Under the pieces are notes generated by a model, which saw only the letters and a program-made list of their open reading frames with translations, was not told where the DNA came from and made no database searches. This document shows positions 9,553-17,315 of a stretch of 64,000 nucleotides of DNA, piece after piece. Made by a program: the position numbers and the translations under genes. The stretch is from an uncultured Gemmatimonadales bacterium. GTDB lineage: Bacteria; Gemmatimonadota; Gemmatimonadetes; Gemmatimonadales; GWC2-71-9. The stretch is taken from NCBI GenBank assembly GCA_963846435.1, contig CAWJVX010000001.1, positions 424,454 to 488,453 of the forward strand, written 5' to 3'. The number at the start of each line of letters is the position of its first letter. Position 1 is the first letter of the stretch.

Positions 9553-10062
9553 CTATGCGTCTGACGCCAGCAGCCTGATTTCCGGGCCGTCATCGGAGAG
9601 CCGGATCATCCGATCGAAGCTCATGCCGATCTTTTCCAGCACCCTGATCGAGCCGCCGTTGTCCTCATCGGTGATGGCCACGATGCGCCCGAGCCCCAAA
9701 ACGCCTCTCGCGTAACTCATGACCGCGGCGGCCGATTCGACAGCGTATCCCTTGGACCGGTACTGCGGGAGGAAGGCAAACCCGATGTCGACATCGGGCA
9801 AGGTATCGCGCTTCAGCAGGCCGCAGATCCCGATCGGGCTCTTCGAGCCCTTGAGCTCGACCACCCACAGGCCGAAGCCGTGCCGCTCATAGCTGTCCAT
9901 CGGTCCGGTCAGGATATACTGGCGTGCATCCTCCGGCGTCCGCACTCCCTTGTCTCCCACGAATCGAAGGAAAGAAGGGTCGTTGAGCAGCTCGAGGATG
10001 AACTCGGCATCGTCCACCGACATCCGGCGGAGGCTCAGCCGCTCGGTTTGAAGGAGGCTCAC
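9553..10062 (-). CDS. GNAT family N-acetyltransferase (RimJ/RimL-like)
   Basis: LQTERLSLRRMSVDDAEFILELLNDP... and QYRSKGYAVESAAAVMSYA. The GTG start overlaps the upstream stop (GTGA). Confidence 0.8.
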   Translation of the reverse strand: MSLLQTERLSLRRMSVDDAEFILELLNDPSFLRFVGDKGVRTPEDARQYILTGPMDSYERHGFGLWVVELKGSKSPIGICGLLKRDTLPDVDIGFAFLPQYRSKGYAVESAAAVMSYARGVLGLGRIVAITDEDNGGSIRVLEKIGMSFDRMIRLSDDGPEIRLLASDA

Positions 10063-10394
10063 GGGGTCTGCCGGCTCAAGCGCCCTCGCAGGCCGCTACC
10101 CAGTATCGCTCCCAGCAGAGCGAGCACAGTGTAGAAGGCGAGGAACACCATACCGAGCGGCCAGAGCCCGCCACTGGAGGGATCGCGCAGCACGCCTCCC
10201 AGCAGGACCATCACCTGCCCAACGAAGATGCCGGCGACAAACAGTCGCGAATCTCCCGGAAACAGAAGACCTCCCAGCAAGCCGGCACCCAGCAGGGAGG
10301 CCTCGTAGTAGCCGCCCCCAGCGTCCCAGGGCTCCCGTCTTCCGGTGACGAGGGGGGAGAGCAACCAGATCCCAACCCCGATGGCGAGGCCCAT
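10059..10394 (-). CDS. hypothetical membrane protein (3-4 TM, Gly-rich)
   Basis: MGLAIGVGIWLLSPL... An alternative GTG start at 10409 would overlap the MerB-like stop as GTGA. No Cys residues, so it is not MerT/MerE-like. Confidence 0.5.
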   Translation of the reverse strand: MGLAIGVGIWLLSPLVTGRREPWDAGGGYYEASLLGAGLLGGLLFPGDSRLFVAGIFVGQVMVLLGGVLRDPSSGGLWPLGMVFLAFYTVLALLGAILGSGLRGRLSRQTP

Positions 10395-10405
10395 CAGGAA
10401 ACGTC

Positions 10406-11101
10406 TCACGAATCGGGAGAAGCGGCAGGCGGGGGCAGACGCCAGAATGGATCGGTGAGGCCCAGGCTGGTGAACACGGCCTGGGCCTCGGGGGCCGTGC
10501 GGCGGCGCCATGCCGGTTCGAGGCGATCGGCGTACCACGCCTCGGCCAGCGCCCAGGCGGTCGAAAGCGACATGGTCGAGCCGACAGGCCGGCTCCGTTC
10601 CCTGCACCAGCGCGCCACATCCTCCTCCGACCGGAAGAGCAGAATCGTCGATCAGGTAAAGCCGATATCATCCCACCACGAGGCGGCGGGAACTGCGAAG
10701 TGGACCACCCCGGACCCGGCCGAGAGCGAGCGGCCCGTAGTGCGGATCGATGGTGGGTCACCGCAGTCGGGGCAATTGGAAGTGATTTCGGCAGGGGCCT
10801 GGAGCATCGCCGAAATCCCCAGGGCGTCCCAGGCGCAGTTTGCCCACCACTCGCCCCCCGAGGTGCGAACCCGGAAGGCGGTGGGAACTGCCGAGAAGGG
10901 CATGGCCATCCAAAGCCGGCGGCTGGCCGGGTCCAGCACCAGCACGTGGGCGGCGGCGAGCCGTTCGAGACTGGCGGCGACTGCTGCCGGCGCAGTACCG
11001 AGCTGGTCGCTGAGGTCGCGGACCGTGGGAGCGAGGCCGTGACGGACAAAGTGGCGATACACGGACAACCGGACTCGGCCATCGAACTCGGCGGATTCCA
11101 T
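10406..11101 (-). CDS. MerB-like (alkylmercury/organomercurial lyase family) protein with in-frame UGA at codon 150 (candidate selenocysteine; otherwise a pseudogene)
   Basis: Track ORFs 10652..11101 and 10406..10618 are in the same frame, separated only by TGA (10654..10652) plus 11 sense codons. The N-part has a wHTH region and the MerB C-x-x-D motif (WANCAWDAL). After the UGA come STILLFRSEEDVARW, then the C-terminal WALAEAWYADRLEPAWRRRT. A SECIS-like hairpin lies downstream. Confidence 0.6.
10622..10639 (-). promoter_or_regulatory. SECIS-like hairpin (CUCUUCC-GGUC-GGAGGAG)
   Basis: 7-bp stem (6 Watson-Crick pairs plus 1 G-U) with a GGUC tetraloop, starting 12 nt after the in-frame UGA. 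Compare E. coli fdhF, which has an 11-nt spacing and a GGUC loop. Confidence 0.5.
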
Positions 11102-11167
11102 TCAGCCCGCGGCTCCGTAAAGGATGCGTTCTTCCAGGGCGAACCCGGGCCTAATCTGCTGCGCCAT
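11102..11167 (-). CDS. 21-codon upstream ORF (MAQQIRPGFALEERILYGAAG)
   Basis: ATG at 11167 is preceded by AGGAGG (11177..11172) with a 4-nt spacer. Its TGA (11104..11102) directly abuts, in frame, the ATG of the MerB-like gene. Confidence 0.3.
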   Translation of the reverse strand: MAQQIRPGFALEERILYGAAG

Positions 11168-11273
11168 GGCTCCTCCTGGTGGTTGGAGACCTTCCAGCCC
11201 GGAAGTGTCGGGAATCACTGCCGGTACCGGACTCAGCTGGTGATCTTATCTATCCCTTGTCCGCGAGCAACCT

Positions 11274-11633
11274 ATGCCGGCCGTCCACCGCGTGCCCATG
11301 CTTCTCATGGTCCTCTTAACTCTCTCGTGCAGCAGCAGCGGGTCGCCCGACACCACCCCCGAACCCGACTCGGGTGATCAACCGCGAGCGCGGATCGAGA
11401 ATCGCGCCTCCCTCGACATGGACATCTTCGCCATCCGCAGCGATGGCGAGCGCATCCGCCTCGGATTCCTCCCCGGAGGCGAGACCGCCGTGTTCGCCCT
11501 CCCCTCCACGGTGACCGCCGGAGCCAACTCCATCCGCTTCGAGGCGCGGCCAGTACGTCACGGCGGGGACCCGGTGATTAGTGAGCCGTTCGGGGTGCGG
11601 GAACAGATCACCTGGTCGATATCGCCACAGTAG
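11274..11633 (+). CDS. hypothetical lipoprotein
   Basis: Lipobox LLTLSC in MLLMVLLTLSCSSSG. No family recognised. Confidence 0.5.
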   Translation: MPAVHRVPMLLMVLLTLSCSSSGSPDTTPEPDSGDQPRARIENRASLDMDIFAIRSDGERIRLGFLPGGETAVFALPSTVTAGANSIRFEARPVRHGGDPVISEPFGVREQITWSISPQ

Positions 11634-11671
11634 CGGCGCGCGTCTGTCATACCGCCAAGCGGGAGGACTGC

Positions 11672-11890
11672 ATGGCAACCCGGCTGGATAAAACCATCAA
11701 GCGGGAGCTCGAGCTCGAGGGAAAGCTCTACACCGTGAGCGTTGGTCCCCAGGGCGTCAGGATCGTACCCAAGGGCGGACGGAAGGGGCACGAGCTCACC
11801 TGGGACGCGCTGGTGAGCGGCGACGCCGAGCTCCGTCGCGATCTCAACATCTCGCTCGATGTGTATGACGCGCTCCAGCAACCCGAGTGA
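11672..11890 (+). CDS. small hypothetical protein
   Basis: 72-aa ORF (MATRLDKTIKRELELEGKLYTVSVGPQGVRIVPKGGRKGHELTW...). No family recognised. Confidence 0.4.
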   Translation: MATRLDKTIKRELELEGKLYTVSVGPQGVRIVPKGGRKGHELTWDALVSGDAELRRDLNISLDVYDALQQPE

Positions 11891-11943
11891 TTCGGGTGTG
11901 GTTCACCAACTGGAATAAAGAGGGACGACCGGAGGTGCTTCAG

Positions 11944-12027
11944 TGCCCGGGGCGGGACTCGAACCCGCACGGGGTTTCCCCCAAGGGATTTTAAGTCCCT
12001 TGCGTCTACCGATTCCGCCACCCGGGC
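11944..12027 (-). tRNA. tRNA-Leu (anticodon UAA)
   Basis: Cloverleaf folded by hand: acceptor GCCCGGG/CCCGGGC, anticodon arm AGGGA-CUUAAAA-UCCCU, long variable arm, T-arm GCGGG-UUCGAGU-CCCGC. CCA is not encoded. Confidence 0.9.
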
Positions 12028-12051
12028 CAGGGGGTGAGCAAATATACCGAC

Positions 12052-13239
12052 TTAATCGGGAATCGTCTCGCGCCGCACCCCACGGGATGCCCGGGTGCAC
12101 CAGGTCTTGGGCAACCGCTGGTACCGCTTCTGAAAATCACCGCCGATCTCCGCCACAATCCTCGCTTCCCGCGCTGGCGGCGCCAGCACTACCACCGCCC
12201 CGCCCCAGCCCGCCCCGGTGAGCCTGGCACCGAAGGCGCCGTGCTCAACCGCCGAGGTCACGATGAGATCCGCCTCCGGAATCGTGGATTCGTAGTCGGC
12301 TCGAAGTGACTCGTGCCCCTCGACCAGCAGCCGGCCCAGTGTGGCCAGATCGCCGGCTGCCAGCGCACCGGCTGCGGCCCGGGTGCGCGCCGTCTCGGTG
12401 ACGACGTGCCGGACTCGAGGTACCAGGGGAGGGGGAAGCCGGCGCTCGATCTCGGGCAGGTCACCCGGCAAGAGTTGGGCAAGGTAAGCCAACCCCGGGC
12501 GCCAATCCCGACAGAAGGCCAGCGCTTCCTCGCACTCACGGCGTCGTTGGTTGAGCCCGCCGCCGGTGAGCCGGTGGGACACACCAGTCTCCACGATCCA
12601 GAGCCGGCCAGGAAACGGGACCGGTTGCAGCACGCCGCTCGCGGTCTCGAACAGGAGCGCTGAGCTCCGGTGCGCGTGGGCCGCGATGGTCTGATCCATT
12701 CGACCACAACGAACGCCGACCTGATAATGCTCGGCGCGAAACGCCACCTCCACGAGCGCGGCAGGAGAGAGCCGCTTTCCGGCCAGCAGGCTCAACGCCT
12801 TGGCGGCCGCCACCGCCAGCGCAGCCGACGAGGAAAGGCCCGCCCCGATGGGGACGTCGGTGGCCAACGCCAGCTCTGCGCCGGGGGGCGCGGCACGTAT
12901 CGCCCGAAGCTCTCGGACCACGCCGACGACATAGTCGGTCCAGGCCCGCCGCATGGGCGCGGCGATATCGATCTGGTGAATCTCGCCATCCGAACCCGAA
13001 ACCACTGCCCAGTGTGGGGCTGCACGGGCAGCCACTGCGGTGCGCCGTTCCAGGGCCACCGGCAGGACCGGGCCGCCGTTATAATCGGTGTGCTCCCCGA
13101 TCAGATTCACCCGCCCAGGCGCCGATGCTGCCACCGTCGGTCGGGTAGCAAAGGTCGAGGTAAACAGCGAAGTTGCGAGCCTTGCGGACGACAGGCGAGT
13201 CGGGTTGAACGGCTTCTCTCGGGAGGGACTGTGGGGCAT
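12052..13239 (-). CDS. galK: galactokinase
   Basis: APGRVNLIGEHTDYNGG signature and the GHMP kinase motif PIGAGLSSSAA. Confidence 0.85.
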   Translation of the reverse strand: MPHSPSREKPFNPTRLSSARLATSLFTSTFATRPTVAASAPGRVNLIGEHTDYNGGPVLPVALERRTAVAARAAPHWAVVSGSDGEIHQIDIAAPMRRAWTDYVVGVVRELRAIRAAPPGAELALATDVPIGAGLSSSAALAVAAAKALSLLAGKRLSPAALVEVAFRAEHYQVGVRCGRMDQTIAAHAHRSSALLFETASGVLQPVPFPGRLWIVETGVSHRLTGGGLNQRRRECEEALAFCRDWRPGLAYLAQLLPGDLPEIERRLPPPLVPRVRHVVTETARTRAAAGALAAGDLATLGRLLVEGHESLRADYESTIPEADLIVTSAVEHGAFGARLTGAGWGGAVVVLAPPAREARIVAEIGGDFQKRYQRLPKTWCTRASRGVRRETIPD

Positions 13240-13242
13240 TGC

Positions 13243-14763
13243 GTGCGGCGCCTCGGAGTGATCGCCTGTCTGGTCCTGCCATCGCGGGTGTGGGCGCAGT
13301 TCTCACCGGTGGGGGTGCCGGCCGGCACACTCCGGGTCGAGCTGGACGGGTCACTGGAAACCTTCGACCGGCAGTTCCGCAACGGCACGCGGGAGGGCTA
13401 CGGCGCCGATCTTTCCAGCCCGGCGCTCGGCAGCGACCGGATTCCCCTCCTGATAGACGCCGACATGCGAATCGGCCGGATCGTCGGCAACAGCGGCTAC
13501 CATCTCAATCTAGGTGCGCTGACCACGGATGCGCTGGCCGATGTCGGCAAGGGAGGCTTCGGATTGGGCCTTGGTCTCACCAATCGAATCACGATCTTCG
13601 GACGCATTCCGCTGGTGCGTACCCGGGTGCAGCCGCGCCTGCAGCTCGACCCTGCCGGTACCGATGCCGGCCTCAACCCTGGCGACGCCAGCCAGATCTC
13701 CTTCTTTCAGGATTTCGATGCCGCGCTGGCGACGCTGAGCAGCAAGCTCGCCGCTGGTGACTACAACGGAAATCCGGCGCAGCGAACGCTGGCGGAGGCT
13801 ACGCTGGCCGACGCCACCGCCCTGCGGTCCGACCTGTTCGGACTGTTGGCCGATCCTCTAACGGCGTCGCCGGTCGTGCCCACGGCCGCCAGCGGAGCCG
13901 GTGCCACGGTGCTGACCCGCATACAAGGACTCCAGAACACGCTGACATCCAGTCTGGATGTCCCGGGCTTCGACCTGATTCCGGTACTCCCCCTCGATCC
14001 GTTGGGCGAGGATGGATTGAGACAGGTGCTCGCCGGGCCTCTGGCCCTCCGAGTGGGTGAATCCAGAGTGACCTTCCGAGGCGATGCCGAGGCCGGCGTC
14101 TCCTTTACCCTCGTGGATGGTTGGGATCGTGGCGTCAGGCGGGGTGGGCTCCGGGCTGCGGTGTCGGGACTGGTGCGTTTTCCCACCGGACTCCGCGAGC
14201 AGACCGACCGACCGCTCGATATCGGCACGAGTGGCGGCCACACCGATGTCCAGATCGACCTGGTCACCGATATCGGCGCCGGCGCCTTCGGCGCCCGGCT
14301 GGCTGGCAGCTATGTCCGGCAGTTCCCCCTCGACGTGGTGGCCCGGGTGGGACCACCCAGCCAACCCTTTGTCGGGCCCGACCGGCTCGCGCGGGTGCGG
14401 CGAGATCCCGGCGATATCGTTGCGATCGAGGTTCGCCCGTTCTACCGGTTGGCCCGGACGCTGGCACTCCAGGCCGGCGTGCAGCACTGGACCCGCAAGG
14501 AGGACCAGGTCTCCTATTCGTCCCCCGCAGACGCGCTACCCGGTGTGGACCCGGGCGTGCTCGCTGAAGAGACCGCAGCCAATGCCACGCAACTCTCCGC
14601 CGGCATCACCTACTCCAATCCGGGCCGGCTCAGGCCGGGTGGCAAAGGGTTGCCGGTGGATGCGAGCTGGAGCTATGAGCGGGTGCTGCGCTCGAGCAAG
14701 GGCCGGGTACCGGACACCCATCGGGTCCAAGCGAAGCTCAGGATGTATTTCGGGTTGTGGTAA
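13243..14763 (+). CDS. hypothetical outer-membrane beta-barrel-like protein
   Basis: GTG at 13243 gives a signal peptide (M)RRLGVIACLVLPSRVWAQ, divergent from galK. Alternating beta-strand patterns are present and the C-terminus ...MYFGLW is aromatic, as in outer-membrane proteins. The track ORF upstream of 13243 is antisense to galK. Confidence 0.5.
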   Translation: MRRLGVIACLVLPSRVWAQFSPVGVPAGTLRVELDGSLETFDRQFRNGTREGYGADLSSPALGSDRIPLLIDADMRIGRIVGNSGYHLNLGALTTDALADVGKGGFGLGLGLTNRITIFGRIPLVRTRVQPRLQLDPAGTDAGLNPGDASQISFFQDFDAALATLSSKLAAGDYNGNPAQRTLAEATLADATALRSDLFGLLADPLTASPVVPTAASGAGATVLTRIQGLQNTLTSSLDVPGFDLIPVLPLDPLGEDGLRQVLAGPLALRVGESRVTFRGDAEAGVSFTLVDGWDRGVRRGGLRAAVSGLVRFPTGLREQTDRPLDIGTSGGHTDVQIDLVTDIGAGAFGARLAGSYVRQFPLDVVARVGPPSQPFVGPDRLARVRRDPGDIVAIEVRPFYRLARTLALQAGVQHWTRKEDQVSYSSPADALPGVDPGVLAEETAANATQLSAGITYSNPGRLRPGGKGLPVDASWSYERVLRSSKGRVPDTHRVQAKLRMYFGLW

Positions 14764-14775
14764 CAGCCGGTAGGG

Positions 14776-16446
14776 CTATCGCCGGGCGACTCGTTCCTTC
14801 CGCAGCAGCGCCTGGGCATGCCGCCGGGCGGCGTCGCCCTCCGTATCTCCCAGCATGCGCGCAATCTCGTTTATCCGGTCCTCGCCGTGGAGCACCTGCA
14901 CGTCGCTGGTGGCAATCCCCGCGCGGGCCCGCTTCGATACCACCAGATGCCCATCCGCCCGGGCGGCGATCTGCGGCAGGTGAGTGATCACCAGCACCTG
15001 ATGGCGCTCAGCCACCTCGGCCAGGGCAGAGCCAACCTGCGCCCCCGTCTCCCCCCCGATCCCCTGGTCAACCTCATCGAATACGAGGGTGGGGATGGCA
15101 TCGTGCTTGACCAGCACCACCTTCAGCGCGAGCATGAGGCGGGACAGCTCTCCGCCGGAGGCCACCTTGGCCAGGGGCTTGGGCTCGAGTCCTAGATTGA
15201 GCTCCACGTTCAGCTGCACGTTTTCCTGGCCGTGTGCGCCGGCTTCGGCCAGCGAGACCAGCCCCACTGACAACTTTCCTCCCGGAAGTCCCAGCTGTGG
15301 CAGCAGGCGGTTGACCCCTCGCGCGAGCCGGTCGGCGGCCTCGCGGCGGCGGCCACTGAGCGCCGAGGCCGCGGCGCGAAGTGCTTCCTCCGCGGCCGCG
15401 CGACGGGCTGCGAGCGCGCGCAGGTCGGTGTCTGCGGTGTCCAGCAGATCCAGCTCCCCCGCCGCCTGATCCCGGGTTGCCAGGACCTGGTCGAGGGTCG
15501 CTCCATACTTTCCGGTCAGTCGCGAGAGAACATCTCTGCGCCGCTCGACGAGCCCCAGCCGCTCGGGATCCTCCTGCACCGAGCCGGCGTAGTCGGCGGC
15601 GAGCCGGGTGAGCTCCGACAGATTGGCATAGCCGGTATCCAACAGCTCGCGCCAGGTACTCACACCGGGGTCCACTTTCTCCAGGCTGGACAGTGCCCGG
15701 CCGGCTACTCCCAGCGCTCCCAGTGCATTTCCCGTCTCACCTTCAAGCGCATCCACGATCCGCTGCGCCTGCTCCATCAGAGTGCCCGCCTGGCTCAGAC
15801 GGCGGGCCTCGAGCTGAAGGCTCTCATCTTCTCCGGGCTTGATCCTGGCGCCATCGATCTCATCGACCACATGCCGCAGGTAGTCGGCCCGGCGGCGGAC
15901 TTCATCGCGTCGTGCGGCAAGCTCCACCTCCTCGGCACGAAGCCGGGAAAGGGCGGCATACGCCTCGGCAACCGCGGTTCTGTCCGGCTCGGCATGGGCG
16001 AACGCGTCGAGGATCTCGCGCTGCGACTCCGCGTGCAATAACGACTGGGTCTCGTGTTGTCCGTGGAGATCCACCAGAAGTGCGCCGAGCTCAGAGAGCA
16101 CGGCTGCAGTGGTGGGGCTCCCGTTCACCCAGGCGCGCGAGCGACCTTCGGAGGATACCTCCCGCCGCACCACCACCCGGCCATCCTCGACATCGAGCCC
16201 CAGGTCCTCGATCCGCCGGCGGCTGGCAGAGTCGATCTCCTCGAAGGCGCCCTCGACCACCAACTTGGCGGCCCCCGGGCGGACGCTGGCGCCGGCCGCC
16301 CGTTCACCCAGAAGCAGGGAGAGGGCGTCGACCAGCATGGACTTCCCCGCCCCCGTCTCGCCGGTGAGCACGTTGAGCCCGGGGCCAAGCTGAAGGGTGA
16401 CGTCGGCGATGGTGGCGAGATCTCGGACGCGGAGTTCGGTGAGCAT
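14776..16446 (-). CDS. recN: DNA repair protein RecN
   Basis: MLTELRVRDLATIADVTLQLGPGLNVLTGETGAGKSMLVDAL, plus the C-terminal ASGGELSRLMLALK and LVFDEVDQGIGG motifs. Confidence 0.95.
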   Translation of the reverse strand: MLTELRVRDLATIADVTLQLGPGLNVLTGETGAGKSMLVDALSLLLGERAAGASVRPGAAKLVVEGAFEEIDSASRRRIEDLGLDVEDGRVVVRREVSSEGRSRAWVNGSPTTAAVLSELGALLVDLHGQHETQSLLHAESQREILDAFAHAEPDRTAVAEAYAALSRLRAEEVELAARRDEVRRRADYLRHVVDEIDGARIKPGEDESLQLEARRLSQAGTLMEQAQRIVDALEGETGNALGALGVAGRALSSLEKVDPGVSTWRELLDTGYANLSELTRLAADYAGSVQEDPERLGLVERRRDVLSRLTGKYGATLDQVLATRDQAAGELDLLDTADTDLRALAARRAAAEEALRAAASALSGRRREAADRLARGVNRLLPQLGLPGGKLSVGLVSLAEAGAHGQENVQLNVELNLGLEPKPLAKVASGGELSRLMLALKVVLVKHDAIPTLVFDEVDQGIGGETGAQVGSALAEVAERHQVLVITHLPQIAARADGHLVVSKRARAGIATSDVQVLHGEDRINEIARMLGDTEGDAARRHAQALLRKERVARR

Positions 16447-17315
16447 TACGGATCCTGCGCTCGCCCCGACAGATCACCCCAGTGCAGCTTCTGCCGCATC
16501 CGCCCGAAGAATCCGTCGCCACCCAAACGAATCAAACACACGCGATGGTCGGCGCGACACACGTCCACCGACTCACCCGGGGCGAGGGTGGTGCCGGTCT
16601 GGCCATCGAATGAGACCAGCAGATCCTCGGACCAGCCGGCGATCGGCTCGATCACGATCCGGTAGGTCGCGGGAACCACGAGGGGGCGAACTGCGAGCGT
16701 GTGTGCCGCGATCGGGGTAACGATGATGGCCTCGACCCCGGGCACGACGATGGGACCCCCCGCGCTCAGGCTATAGGCCGTGGATCCCGTAGGCGTGGCG
16801 ACGATGATCCCGTCGGCGCTGTACGGACCGACGTTGTCACCGTGAATGAAGACGTTGACCCGGATCACCCGGGCGACGCCACCCTTATGGACTGCCACAT
16901 CGTTGACGGCCATCTGGATCGCGCGGGTTTCTCCCTCCGCATCGCGAATGGCCGCCCGCAGCGCCTGACGCCGCTCGATCTGGAACTTCCCGGTGACGAG
17001 AAATTCCAGGGCGTCATCGAGCGATTCGCGGGTGGCGGTGGTCAGAAAACCCACCCGGCCGAGGTTCACGCCGAGGATCGGGGTCTCGCGCCCGCCGAGG
17101 AGCCGGGCTCCCCGCAGCAAGGTGCCGTCACCCCCAAAAGTGATCAGGGCATCGAGCTGGACATCCTCGAAGGAGGGAACCTCCCGGTTCCAGAACGACT
17201 CGAGGCGGGGCTCACTGTAGAGCGTGATCCCACGATACGGTGCCGCGATGGCCACCTGTTCCAGAACACCCTTGAGGTCCCCGTATCGAGGATTGCCGAC
17301 GACGCCGACCTTCAT
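16446..17315 (-). CDS. nadK: NAD(+) kinase
   Basis: GGDGTLLRGARL and STAYSLSAGGPIV motifs. Confidence 0.9.
   Translation of the reverse strand: MKVGVVGNPRYGDLKGVLEQVAIAAPYRGITLYSEPRLESFWNREVPSFEDVQLDALITFGGDGTLLRGARLLGGRETPILGVNLGRVGFLTTATRESLDDALEFLVTGKFQIERRQALRAAIRDAEGETRAIQMAVNDVAVHKGGVARVIRVNVFIHGDNVGPYSADGIIVATPTGSTAYSLSAGGPIVVPGVEAIIVTPIAAHTLAVRPLVVPATYRIVIEPIAGWSEDLLVSFDGQTGTTLAPGESVDVCRADHRVCLIRLGGDGFFGRMRQKLHWGDLSGRAQDP

Noticed and set aside
10652-10654. The in-frame TGA, together with the TGA at 11102..11104, as evidence for a TGA-reassigned genetic code.
   Set aside because: TGA terminates many conserved genes here at their expected C-termini (rex, dprA, prmA, dnaJ, dnaG, mutS2). 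A global reassignment is therefore excluded. Site-specific recoding or a mutation remain as explanations.
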